Shown here: positions 52,570 through 64,000 of the stretch, in pieces | How positions within the stretch are numbered: position 1 is the stretch's first letter | Layout: every line of letters starts with the position of its first letter | Source of the DNA: Hypanus sabinus | Taxonomy: Eukaryota | Reading direction: 5' to 3' | Assembly (NCBI RefSeq): GCF_030144855.1 | Contig: NC_082731.1 | Location: 20,894,001 to 20,958,000, forward strand | DNA: 64,000 nt | Translations under genes and position numbers: made by a program | Notes under the pieces: generated by a model | What the model was told of the DNA's origin: nothing | Database searches by the model: none | Seen by the model: only the letters and a program-made list of their open reading frames with translations

Positions 52570-53490
52570 ATCAGTTGTGTCAACCATTTATCGTGTACTA
52601 GGAGCCGATCATTTACATTTAATGTTGGATTCACAATATCCGTTTTGGGATGCCTTTCATCTCAGCCATCTGCTTTGTTCAGCTTTAATCAACAACTCCA
52701 AATCCTGGTTCTCAGATCCTCCTCCTGCAACTGGATTAGATCTCAAAAACGGCACACGCCGTGGTAAACCAATTGGAAAGAACATCTCATCGTCGCTGAC
52801 GTTCAACAGTGTCGCAATTCAATCATACCTTCTCGACCCTTACAGCAAACACGATTCTGACGCTTCGCAGAACTCTAATCTCTACGTTAAATTTGACCGC
52901 AATATAGATATAGATTGCACAATTTCAGATAACGACGAAGAGGCGGAAGGCAGCTATAGAGATCAGCTGCTTAAGTGCTGTCTTAGAAAGACCAAATTCA
53001 TTTTACACTTCAGTAATGGAAGGCGATGGAACACATACCAATCTTTATCGAGGAATCAGTACTGGAAAGGATAAGCTGTTTGAAATGCGTGGCTGTCGAC
53101 ATCTCTGTGGATTTATACTTGAGACAATTACATTGAAGGCATTACAGCGGATAAATGTCACAGGAGGCTTGAAAATTGGTACTCCATTAAAAACACACAG
53201 TAATTTCTGGAGATATTTGTGCACCATTATAACTTTTTGCGTCTGTGTCTGGTATGGTAGGGAACTGTACTGGAACAAAGTAAAACAGTCAAAATAGCCG
53301 CAATTATTTTAAACTCAGCCAGAATCAACATTGACACAACACTCAGAAAAATCCAGGATACCTGTCGAAGGCGGAACTTCGAATAAAGGAGTCATAGTGT
53401 ACTCCTTCCCAGTTACCTTCACCGAGGACTGCCGTCACCCTTAACTTTCAGGAATCTGCCGTCAGATTTCCGATAGACAATCAGCCCAAA
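52570..53490 (+). mobile_element. Rex1/Babar fragment, copy 5
   Basis: ORF 52577-53074 ISSSLTFN..YSKHD..VKFD..DEEA. Confidence 0.8.
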
Positions 53491-54467
53491 ACATTGCCTT
53501 AATATCTCTTCCTGCACATTTTGCTGAGATATTTTAATTATTTATTAAATATATACTTCTTGAGGTAATGCATCATGATTGTATTGCATTGCAATGCATT
53601 GCTGTCGCAAAAGCACAAATTGCACGTCAGAATCTGAAGGAGACATATGAGATATGTGCGTAATTTCATAATAAATTTAGTTTAAAGTTTGAAGTTTCAG
53701 TTCAAGTGTTTTCCCCCGACAAATTTTGAGGCAGAATCCTTAAAACAAATTGCATCTGGATTAATTATCTTTACACTGTGGTCTCACTGACCACTTCGTA
53801 GAACTGTTTTATGCTGGCGCATTCCTGCACAACCTATGTCACGCTATTTTTGTTGCTGTTGTTTAAGTGCAAGGGTGATTGAAAACTGATGAATTGCAAT
53901 CTTGCCTGATTATGCAGTGGGAATGGATGAGTGAATCTCCCTTTAGTGTCTATAATTTGCCTAATCTGCTATTTCAAAATATGCAAATACGAGTATGTGA
54001 TTAGTGGATAAACCACGATCACCACATAACACTGGAGAAGCAATCCGCGGATATATGAAAATTATGAACTGAAGAAGATCAGCCGTTTCTGATCACTACT
54101 TAGTGGGATCACGATGGGCTATCTACTTTTGAACTGTAGTGAAAACGCGCCATGAACCAACAATTGAAATTATTGGGAGCAGAAGATTCTGCTGGTTATC
54201 CGGCTCTGAATCCACTATCTGTTTAATGTAGTAAATATAATAGTGGCGTCTCAACAATAGTAACGTACATATATATTCGTGTTTCAGAGGAAGTCTGGAA
54301 CTTTTTCTAAATTAAATTCTTGTCGAGTTTTGTAGAAAGCATATTGGTGGACTAAAAGCTACTTTATGGTTTCGTTTTGCTTCCAATTTAGCGGTGAGAA
54401 TAATGCACTGATGGAAAGGAAATGAAAAAAAAAATAATGCACCCCCTCTTTCACCTTCCTCAGTACT

Positions 54468-54915
54468 ACATCCTGGAACAATTGTATGTAGCCACGTCAG
54501 ATATTAGCTGAATAACCATGCTCAGACGAGGTGAAACATTAGTGACGTATGAGCACAACGTCTACAATGTTCAATCCTTCACCGTTCGGTGACCATATTT
54601 TGGGGCGGGAATTACAAAAACCTTATCAGTGATGACTTGATTGGAGGAGGATGCCTCTATCGAACGGAAGAATGTGACAAACATCTGCATATTAACTGAG
54701 TCATCCAAAGTGATCTGAAGTGATAACAATTTAACAGATTTATTAGCAGTCTGTCCAGATAATGAACTGTATTTATTTCGCTCAATGAGAAAAGGCTAGG
54801 ACTTTAAAATTTATTTTAAGGATTGAACTGATACATTTTCATATTTTCTTGTGGCTGATTTCCCAGTAACCAAAAGCAGAATATATAACATTCCAGTAGA
54901 AAGTACGTGAATCAT
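54468..54915 (-). pseudogene. psiV-C5
   Basis: Leader MIHVLSTGMLYILLLVT-G (54864-54915, donor GT>GG), acceptor 54767-54768, exon ends ISDVATYNCSRM; frameshifted; no RSS. Confidence 0.78.
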
Positions 54916-55379
54916 GATAAAAACAACTTATTATGTACTTCACGAAATTCAACGAAATGGAATGTACAGACAGTGGGGCATTTTGCTAGTTCAAGATGTA
55001 TTGTCTTATTCATCGAAAAGTGTCGTACAGTGTCTTCGTTTCGTAACTTAAAATTGTCAATTGAACGACAGAATACAGATGCGACTATTTTAGGACAAAC
55101 GAGATGACGAATTACTAAATCTGAATATGCACTCAACGTTCAAATGAGAGATTAATAACAATTATCTTGAATATCCAGTACGTAGATTTTGGTGCATAAC
55201 CGCTGTAAGTTCATTTAAAATGCTCAGTAGTCTTGATAGGTTAGAACGTGTATATTAATTTATTTAGAGTCTCTTGCTGTGAGTACAATGCTTCAAATAG
55301 TCAAGACGCATGATGTCCACACTGCTCAAAATTAAGTGACCTATTTTCAGAGACGAAACGGCATTCCTATTGCCAATTG

Positions 55380-55828
55380 TACAGTGCTTTGGCCTGTAAT
55401 TGTAGTCAATCCAAATATAATAAGAACTTTAACTTATTCGTATGTGCACGCAATTAATCCTGACTCAGATCACCGCTGGTTACAAATACACAACGTTTAT
55501 TTATGTCGGAAACAATCTGATGCTGGCCTTTAAATATGTAAGCCTCTCGCGAAAATAAACGAGATCGAACACAACAATCCAGCAAAGTGAGATTTATTCC
55601 TTGACTAAAATCAAAGGCTGCAGGATTTTTTCTGTGTGATTTCACTAAACGATAGCTTCTTCACATTTTGAAGTATAACGTTGATTGAATGTGTGCGATT
55701 TTTTTTGGCAAAGTTTTGCCCCTTTCTATATTAAAAGGCCCTTTAAAAGGTTTCATGTATCTGGAATTATCATTATGTCACCTTCGGATGTGAAATGGTG
55801 AATATTCAGATAAATTAGAGTAACACAT
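55380..55828 (-). pseudogene. psiV-D5 candidate
   Basis: Paralog; the only copy with a GT donor (55780-55781), but its leader is 47 nt. Confidence 0.45.
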
Positions 55829-56043
55829 AGGAATCACGGAAAATGACGTGGCTTTGAAGAAAGTTACAGCCATCGAAGAACAAAAACATCCATTGCAAAT
55901 GCCAAGTGGACGCGTCACTGTTGATACATGTCGTTATGACATCATAGGAAAGCATGGGACTTAACCTTTAGAATTCATTTCACATTTACATTAACCTTGA
56001 TTTGTTCGCCCTCTATCGAGCTCTCGAAGAAACTGTGAAAGTG

Positions 56044-56081
56044 GGTTTTTGTTCGAGATAGTTGAGTTTTTTAACACTGTG
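56044..56081 (-). other. RSS of V5: CACAGTG-22-ACAAAAACC
   Basis: Heptamer 56075-56081, spacer 22 nt, nonamer 56044-56052. Confidence 0.95.
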
Positions 56082-56563
56082 TGCTCATCGCGCAGAGGTA
56101 CGTGGCTGAGTCAGAGATCATGGCATTCTTAATCGAGAGTTCGGAATATTTTTTACTGTCATCATAGGAAGCGGATAATCGGTCGGTTGCATCTTCATTT
56201 CGGTTGACTATCCTTCCGATGATCTGAATCAAATATTCCGGTCGCTGTCTGGGTCGCTGACTGTACCAGAAAACATTCGGGGATGCATAATCTGTTTTTA
56301 AAGTACAGTTTAGGGTGATATTCCTTCCTTCTTCGATTGTCATAGCATCCAATGACTGTTCTACTGAGTCTTGAAGGCTCCAATCTAACAGTAAAATAAT
56401 AAAAAAACGAATGATAATAAGCTCTACTTCGAACAGCATGGTTAAGTACATAGAAAATAAAACATATTTACAGAGATATAGGCAGGCCTGAAATATTACA
56501 GTGAAGGGACATTTTACCCAGACAAAACACAACAATGAGGAGCGGCGTGAGACAGGTCTTCAT
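56082..56563 (-). CDS. TCR alpha/delta V segment V5, intact: join(56518-56563, 56082-56384)
   Basis: Leader MKTCLTPLLIVVFCL-G, GT..AG intron of 133 nt, V exon ITLNC..NVFWYSQ..SDSATYLCAM open. Confidence 0.93.
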
Positions 56564-59091
56564 AATCACCCTGTTGAACTCTCTACTTCAGCGACCACAG
56601 AGTGGAGACTCAATGCCAGAGAATAAATACACATACCTTTGAACAAACCGACCAATCACATCAGGCAACGCAGGTGCTGAATCTGTAAAGACACAATAAG
56701 TCAAGGCGTTCAGAGGTAGTGCAGGAAATGAAATTCTGCGAACCCGATCGTTGAAGTGGAAAACAAAGGACTCAAGCACTTTACGAGCTGACATTTAACA
56801 CCGCAGCGCCACGCATAGGCGAAGGAATGCTATACAGCCGACATTCTCGTGGACAATACTGTCAATAAATTCCGCTTGCTTATCGAGGCAGAGTGTGTAA
56901 CGGGTGTGTAACGCTCTGTGAGTACAGTAAAAGGTGCAATAACAGTCTTACTCTTCCCTGATGTGGATTTCTGACAGAATTTAGAGGCGGCAGAATTAAT
57001 CTGAAAAGCAGAAATGAGCACGCTGCGCAGTGCACGATACCTCGACGTGTTTACTTGCAAACGATGAAAGTACCTTTTCTCTGAATAACTTAACAATTAA
57101 TTAGGTGTTTGGAAGTAGTTAGTTTATTTTGTGCAGGCTGTTGTGACGTGAATGAAGCACTGTTTTACCAGGAGAAAATAAAATACGTAATTCCTTCACT
57201 TGGACTCTTCATTCTACGATTTTCGCTAGTTTTCTCGCCAGCTGTGTGTTCCTAAAGTATCCGTCTTTTATAATTGTCATGTGAAATGAAAATAATCAAT
57301 TTACGTCAGTAACTGCAGACAAACAAAATTCACTCTTTTGATGCAACGCTGTTCTTTCGTAAACTTGGTCTGAAAGCTCTCGTTAAACAAGCTGATCAAT
57401 ATAATGGAACGATGCAAAGACGTATGTAGTAATGTCGGGATAGGGAATAATGACTCCTTTCCAGAATGTTGAGATTAATCAGCAAATCTTCCACTAATTT
57501 GAACGAATTTCTCACGCACCAATTTTCTGAGTTAGAGACTCAGAAATAGTCAAATAAAAGCAGATCAACGTTGTTTTTTTGCGATTATTCAGCAGGATAT
57601 GTTGTAGTACCATTCAAGTGGACGTTTTCCCCATGTTTTGATTAATGACTCCCAAGTCGCAGAGATCAAGATACAATTTGGGACACTGGAATGCAATGTC
57701 TTGGCTTGGACTACTGGGTGTCGATCATTATCGGAGAGAGATAAGAGATTTAATAATTATCATTAAACCTCGAGGTATCGGAAGTAAGCAAATTATCCGT
57801 TAAGGGAGACGGTGTGGAAAAATGCAAGTCAAGTATATGGAACCCAATCCACGATTGTATGACTATCAGGTAACACCTAAACGGATGGTGTTTTCAAATA
57901 GTGACGTCCTCGAAATCAATGACTTGGAAAGTGCATTCTGCCTCGACGTGCTTTACAATAACTCATATATCATCATACTCTGATTCAGAATCTATTTACC
58001 TCAATTTAAAAGAAGTATTCGAACGAAGGCCCGTCTCATACTGTGCATATGGCTTGAGAAATTAACAGTCTTCGAAGTGAACGTGGTCAATCTGTTTTTG
58101 TAAAGTGACAAAAGGTATGTTGTGCAGGGGGTTCTTTATGATGAATTCTACTAATTCTCTGTGTTTGACTCTTTCCACATCTTCAGATTGGATAGCGTAC
58201 AAAGGTACTGCATGGCTTTTTCAATACAACACTTTCAAAGTTCCTGGCGCTGTGAACTTTAATGCAAACCTAAGACAAAGAGAACGTACCGCGTACTGAA
58301 TTTCAGAAATGAATGACAACTTGAAAGATACATCCACATGATCACACAGCATCTGTGCAGTGCCAAGAAGACTCCATGCTATTCATCATCTACCTGACAT
58401 GCTGTTCCAAAGTATAACAACCCATGTAATATGCAGAGCAAGTGACCACAGTGCAACGGAGATCCGAGTATTAATAATAATTCTACCCCAAGAAGTTACA
58501 AAAACAGGAAAACATGTTTAATATGTTGGTAAAATTAAAGAGCGTTATTAATAGCTCATCTATTATTAGCTATGCAAGCAAACAAGAGTGAAAAGAAATA
58601 AAGAAATTTATATCAGGAAATGAGAGCGTCCCAAATGAAAAAAGGTCTCATTGTGAATTCAGCTCAATCGAGAAGTGAATAATTTTACACAATTTAGCAT
58701 GAATTATTTAATTTTTATCTAACTGTTGTAAGCTTACATTACTTCCTCTGCTCTTTTTTTAACTCTGCACCTTCACTGCGAACACTGGGTAGAAATTATT
58801 TTGAATACATAAAAATAAATGAATTATAATCGGATATGATTTTACGGTAATTTTTTGTCACATTTTCCCATGAGAATGATTGACCAATCGATGCTGTAAT
58901 GAAGGAGATCCGGGGATGCATTGTTATCGGTTTGATGGGTTCTGCAAAAATACAAATTGCGTGGGCGTTTAGTTGAATTTATCTGTCATCCTTTACCGTT
59001 TAATATGCTGTTTAATAATAGAAATTCATCTCGACTTCGCATCTAATGTTTTATTTGCAGAGCATGTCGATTCTTATTTACTTCCTTGTTT

Positions 59092-59374
59092 TGTTTGTTT
59101 GATTACTTGTTTATTTCATGAGGTACAGTGAACAATTTGCCCTTTTTGCACTTCGATGTAGGCAGCCCGGCAAACACCAGATAAATTCCGATTCTAATCA
59201 TGTTATAGTTTACAATAGCCCATCAGTTGTGCAAAGACGACCAAACGTAATCACTTTACATGCAGAGGTGCACATTGAGTATATGTTATATGTTATAATA
59301 TATGTTATAAGTACAGTAGAACATTGTACTAATGCTTCTGTGCAGCTGCGTGACCTCTCTCTCGTTTTATGAAA
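59092..59374 (-). pseudogene. psiV-K4, internally deleted, degenerate 23-RSS
   Basis: CACTGTA (59124-59130), 23 nt, AAACAAACA (59092-59100). Confidence 0.5.
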
Positions 59375-60252
59375 TGTTACATACCCCGTTGGTATCTTGT
59401 AACTGTCTTATAACGATGACGTAATTGAATATCTGATGAGCATGGTTTAATCGTCTTCTGATAGTGGGGTGATGTAATTTCCCGACAATATGAGGACAAA
59501 TGAAGTAATTTTCCCACCAGTGAGAGATCATATAATGGCCTATTCCAACAGGTATAAAATGGGGATGCCTTGCTGTGACGCAGGAGTTTTTCCAGTTACT
59601 CCGTTACACAGCGTATTCTTCTCAAGACTTAGGTTTGTTTTAAAGCAGAGTTTTACTTTCTATCTTAAGTCTTAATGTTTATTGTTGGCAGCTTCGCCAC
59701 AATGCTGCCAGTTTTGGTCCAGTCAGAGATGAAGATTTTACCGAAGTACAGAAAACCCAAAGGATCGAAGGAAGCTGGTGACATCGGCGGTATACTGCAG
59801 GATCGACCTTATTGAATCCAAGATCCAGGAAATAGTAACCTGCAAAGGAGAAAACTCCTGTCTTATTTAAGGGCAGAAAGGGATGGAGCAGTGTGATTCG
59901 TTGAGGGAGAAGTCAGCTCTTTAAGCCGCCTTTAGCTCCTTCGTCATAAATCCTTTGGGCAAGGCACCTTTCGACTGCCATGAGCAGTAACGTCACGTCG
60001 GTGAGAAATTCGTTAATTCAGGGAAGTCTTTCCTAAATGGTTGCGTAAATCATTTGGACTTTTGCATTTACCATTTTCCAGAACTGTCTTCGCATTTATC
60101 GCTTTAAGAACTGTTCGACTCGCCGTATAGACATTAACTTCCAGTTAAGTTAGTCCATTGTTTATTTTTATTTGTTTTGGAGCTGATTTTACATAACTGT
60201 TTGTTTTATTGTAAAAACCCGTCTCAATTCTATATTTATTGTTGCCGTAACG
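59375..60252 (+). mobile_element. Solo LTR, copy 4
   Basis: Same position and sequence family. Confidence 0.85.
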
Positions 60253-60700
60253 TAACAGAAATTATTGGCAACTGAAATCTTTCTCAAAAGTTTTTGCATT
60301 TTCTCCTCATCAATCTCTCACCAACAATTTTGGAACTTTACGCCGATTTCCTGTCCGCTGTCATTACTGTACCATTTACCAGCTTCTGGATATTTCCACC
60401 TTGCAGTTACACAAGTGCGTACCCTGCTAATGCTAAATATACCGGCGATGATACATCATCTTGTGGATGGTTGCACGGAGAATTATCCCAAAGTAAAGAG
60501 TGAAACATAAGCAATTCCTGGTGGCTCTGTGGCGCCTTTTATTCTGTTGCGGTTGAGAATATAGAGAATTTTTATTAAACGTGGAATTAACAAGTAGTCT
60601 ATTCAATGAATGTATTTCCAGCTTTTCTTCAACAGCAGCCAACATCTGCTTGAACTGCTCAGCTTTGCACCAACCCTTGTACACAGTATTTACCGTAAAC

Positions 60701-60990
60701 CAACGTGTATTAATTAGGACACGCCGTATATGTTGTGTGCTCATCTTATGTCGACTGATTCAAATCGATTGATGCATATCAAATTAGGTAGATTGAGGGC
60801 AACAGGGCAAGAAAGTCTGTAAGCTTTAGAAAATAATCAGAAATAGCTTCAATTAGTTCCTGTTGATTTCTGTTCACAGGTCTATTATACATAATATTCG
60901 TCATTTCAACCTCATTCTTTCTGTACTGACAAACATTCGTCTGAATGAATAATTCCGTCATCATTTGTAGCTGCTACAATTCAAATTAGC
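60701..60990 (-). pseudogene. psiV-H2d
   Basis: Paralog; PVNRNQQE..ISDYF. Confidence 0.6.
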
Positions 60991-61508
60991 CAATGAAATA
61001 AGCAAAAAACTGAAGCTCAGTTTTGAATCCGAAGAAGTATTTCGAAATCAGCCAGTCGTTGAAAGTGAGTCGATCATTGAAGGATATCCAAACTAACTCT
61101 GAGGAAGTGACCAGCTGAAGTCTGCAGCTTGGATCTTCTTTCTATACATACACCCGCTTGACAATGTAAACCAGAATTAATTCGGATATTTTTGTTTGAC
61201 TACACAGTGAGCACAACTAAGATACTTATACTATAAACAACTAGGAAATTCACAGAAACGTAGAGAATGTTTTCTTCAAGTGTTGTATTATAATATCGGG
61301 ACGTCCCATCTATCTCATCTTCAAGTGTTGGCTATAATCGGGGATATGGTGGCTTCCAACCGCGAAGACTACTGCTGATATTGTGCATATTTAGCTGTCC
61401 CGTTTGCTGTACTCCCGTGCAGCATCTTATTACACTAGACAACATTTATAAAACTTAACATTTTGCAGACAGCTACATCAACTTGGTTACAGCAATTTCA
61501 TTCAGAAG

Positions 61509-61913
61509 GACTGTTCATTTGGATCAGTAGCTAAAATGTTCATTTTGCTGTCTCCGTTGGGCACTAATTCTGATTGTATTGTGTAGCTATTGGTACGTCT
61601 AAGAGAGAGACGGTAACCAGCTAGAGAAGGCCCCATACTTTGCGCACCCTGTCTTCGTTCTTGTATTTTGCATGTAATATTGGATGTTCGTGAAGAACTA
61701 CTGTAAACTGCGTCGCTCTATAAATCCGCTAATCTGCGGTTACCCTCCATCGGGGACAAAAGTGACGATGGAGGAAGTTCTGTACTGTTACGAAGTCCAG
61801 CTGGAGGCACGGGCGAGGAGGAAAGGGCGGGGGGAATTTTTGATGCAGATACTCCAGCTGTTAGCGAATAGCAGGCAGATGAAGAAGGTAATGCTGATGG
61901 TATTTAAGCACAT
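61509..61913 (-). pseudogene. psiV-I3 candidate
   Basis: [17 protein letters not shown]; YSSSS..QERRQGAQ..RLS..SEL..DSKMNILA. Confidence 0.52.
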
Positions 61914-62109
61914 GATCGGCGCGTACCAGTTCTTCCGAGAGGCATTTCATATGTCAGATGTCAGGATTGTTTCGCTTCAATCTTCACAGAACTATGCCGG
62001 CTTTTAGATTATATCCATGTTTTCCTGTAAGCCTTTGGCTTCTCTGTTAAAGTTCTCGTCACCAGCTCAAATTCCCAGGCACCCGCCACTCAGAAATAAA
62101 TGTCCTGCA

Positions 62110-62745
62110 CATAAAGTCATAGGAAAAACAGGTCCTTCTTTCCATCTACTTCTTGCTGAACCGTTTAAACTGTCTACTCCTATCAACCGTCACCAGGGCC
62201 TTAGCCTGCACAATTAGCCCATGATCTCTAACTGTAGTTGCACCCAACCTTGCTGGAAAAAGCCTACTTGCATTTAGCCAGTCTATACCCCTTATAATTT
62301 TGGATACCTGCATCTAATTTCGCATCAATCTTTTACGTTTCAAAGAATACTGTCCTGACCTATACAGTCTTACCTTATAACTCAGGTCCTCCAGACACAG
62401 CAGCATCCTTGTAAATTTTCTCTGCACTCCTTCAGCCTTATTTACACCATTCTTGTAGGTAGCTTACCAAAACTGCACACAATACTCCAAATTAGGCCTT
62501 AACAATTTTCATACAACTTTAACATCCCATCTCCACTCCTCAATACTTTGATTTATGAAGGCAATGTAAAAAAAAAACTCGCTTTACAACCACTGTCGTA
62601 TCTGCCGCCACCATCGTCCTTGACAGCCTATTCCAAGCATCTACCGCACTCCGTATTAAAAAAAACACTTCAATCATGAGTCACCTTCAAACTTTTAACT
62701 TCTTAGCTTGAAGCTAAATCCTCTTTTGTTTGATCCTTTTGAGGA
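62110..62745 (-). mobile_element. CR1 fragments, paralog
   Basis: Homologous to 25090-26085. Confidence 0.85.
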
Positions 62746-62782
62746 CTCTGTTGTTCAGTGTCAACCATGGGTGTCCCTTCTT

Positions 62783-63150
62783 AACTGTCTAATAATTGTA
62801 AGAGTAAGCATTCGGCTGGGAATAGAAGGGCTGAGTTGGCCTGTTTCCGTGCTGTAATTGTTATATGGTTATATAACAAGAGGAGAGGACATTAATTATT
62901 ATGTTAGACATGTGGAGGCGTATGGAGCGAGATGGGATACGAATTATGATGAGGCAAGACAAGTGGTGCATGTTGACTCACAGTCTGCCATGTACGCTAT
63001 AGGTAGTAAGAGGGCTCTGTGGTGACGTGGGGAGGCTGATCCCGCAGTAGCGAAAATGCTTACACCGACGTCCCATTCCTGAATGGAATACGGGCTCGAA
63101 GTATGAAGAAATAAGGATGTGATATTTGCTGTCTTTTGATAACAGAGAGG
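62783..63150 (-). pseudogene. psiV-L3
   Basis: Paralog of L1/L2. Confidence 0.6.
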
Positions 63151-63159
63151 AAATAAGAA

Positions 63160-63350
63160 ACTTTGAAAACCTACTGCACAATACAAGCCCTTCGGCCCAC
63201 AAAGCTGTGACGAAAGTGTCCTTACCTCAGAACACCGAGGCTTACCCATAACCCTCTATTATCCAGAGCTCCCAGTATCCACCCGAGTTCTTGAAAGACC
63301 CTATCGCTTTAGCCAGCACCACCACTCACTGAGTAAAAGAAAACGTACCC
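63160..63350 (-). mobile_element. CR1-type 3' terminal fragment, paralog
   Basis: Same position as 26480-26700. Confidence 0.75.
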
Positions 63351-63459
63351 CTGATAACTCCCCAAAAATTGAGGAAGAGAATCCCAATTCATCTCACGCC
63401 GAGGCTGTTGAAATGGTGTACACCAACAGTGGACAGGTAGGTCTGCAGATGCACCATGC

Positions 63460-63979
63460 AGTCACACTGGGCTCTGAAATAACTGGAAAGGAAGCTGAGC
63501 TCAGATAAGTGGCAGAGCGGTCAAGTTGCCGGAAGGCACAAGTAATCGATCGGTGTAACTTGACAAGATAGAGCTAGAGTGTCTTCCTCTGAAGAAGTAG
63601 ATGGTGGCGTAAGGAGGTCTCAAATAGTCAGGAGACCCCGGGAGAATATGTACATAACCCCTCGAGTTTGACGACTATCTCTCTCGTGAAATATGTCAAT
63701 ATATTTACAAATGTGATGGAGCTTCTGAGCGTATTCACAATTCCTTTGAAAACGGTGTTATTAATGAACGAATGACAAATCATTTCGAAGTGATCAAAAC
63801 ATTACTATTTTTGTGGGGTATAGTGAAAAGCCCTGGTTCCATTTTTAATTGTTATCCTGTTAGCATTAAATTTAGCAATTCAGGCAGAGCACCCAGTACT
63901 GCTTTCAGTCTTTCTGAATTATTCCTGAGGATAAGCGATGAAGAGGAATATGTGCCATCCAAAAAGGATGATAGAACAT
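63460..63979 (-). pseudogene. psiV-J2
   Basis: GYVHILPGSPDYL (cf. WYVQ..SPQYL); ACCGATCGATTA identical to the TDRL of V1. Confidence 0.7.
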
Positions 63980-64000
63980 GGTTTTATTTTCTTTTTATAT

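Larger units (their letters stand above)
3400..64000. repeat. Segmental tandem duplication, 5 copies of a V-gene-bearing unit (starts ~3.4, ~12.6, ~28.0, ~37.8, ~51.3 kb; fullest unit ~17 kb, others internally deleted)
   Basis: The same ordered blocks recur, e.g. Rex1 block at ~5.3/12.7/29.6/38.6/52.6 kb, V genes at 8.9/16.3/33.2/41.9/56.1 kb, LTR at 20.7/35.9/47.1/59.4 kb. Boundaries approximate. Confidence 0.95.

Noticed and set aside
49959-53074. ORFs of 147 aa (49959-50402) and 165 aa (52577-53074) as host genes
   Set aside because: They are decayed CR1 and Rex1 RT fragments lacking intact catalytic motifs.
1072-63249. Remaining short 60-120 aa ORFs
   Set aside because: Many have GTG/TTG starts, overlap on both strands and lose frame between paralogous copies, consistent with chance ORFs in AT-rich duplicated DNA.
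1-64000. D, J or C segments; CRISPR, rRNA, tRNA or prokaryotic systems
   Set aside because: By eye I found no paired 12/23 RSS, no FGxG J exon with a 12-RSS and no C1 exon. Nothing resembled CRISPR arrays or RNA genes; the sequence is eukaryotic with introns and LINEs.

Overview
Vertebrate genomic DNA, most likely a cartilaginous fish (inferred from V-gene style and the CR1/Rex1/LTR repeat content; no database search was run). The window is part of a T-cell receptor alpha/delta-type V-segment array. Five intact minus-strand V genes are present, each with a 46-nt leader exon, a 125-138-nt GT-AG intron, a 301-303-nt V exon and an RSS with a 22/23-nt spacer. They sit one per copy in a segmentally duplicated unit, with coding ends 7.4, 16.9, 8.7 and 14.2 kb apart. 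No D, J or C segment was found. The spacer DNA is largely a string of about ten heavily decayed, co-oriented V relics per full unit, identified by eye with variable confidence. One relic looks Ig-VH/TCR-gamma-like rather than TRAV-like and keeps an RSS remnant. The relics are interleaved with decayed Rex1/Babar and CR1 LINE fragments and LTRs, including two unit-specific solo LTRs with target-site duplications and empty-site paralogs in the same window. Most ORFs in the supplied track are chance ORFs or pieces of these relics and repeats.
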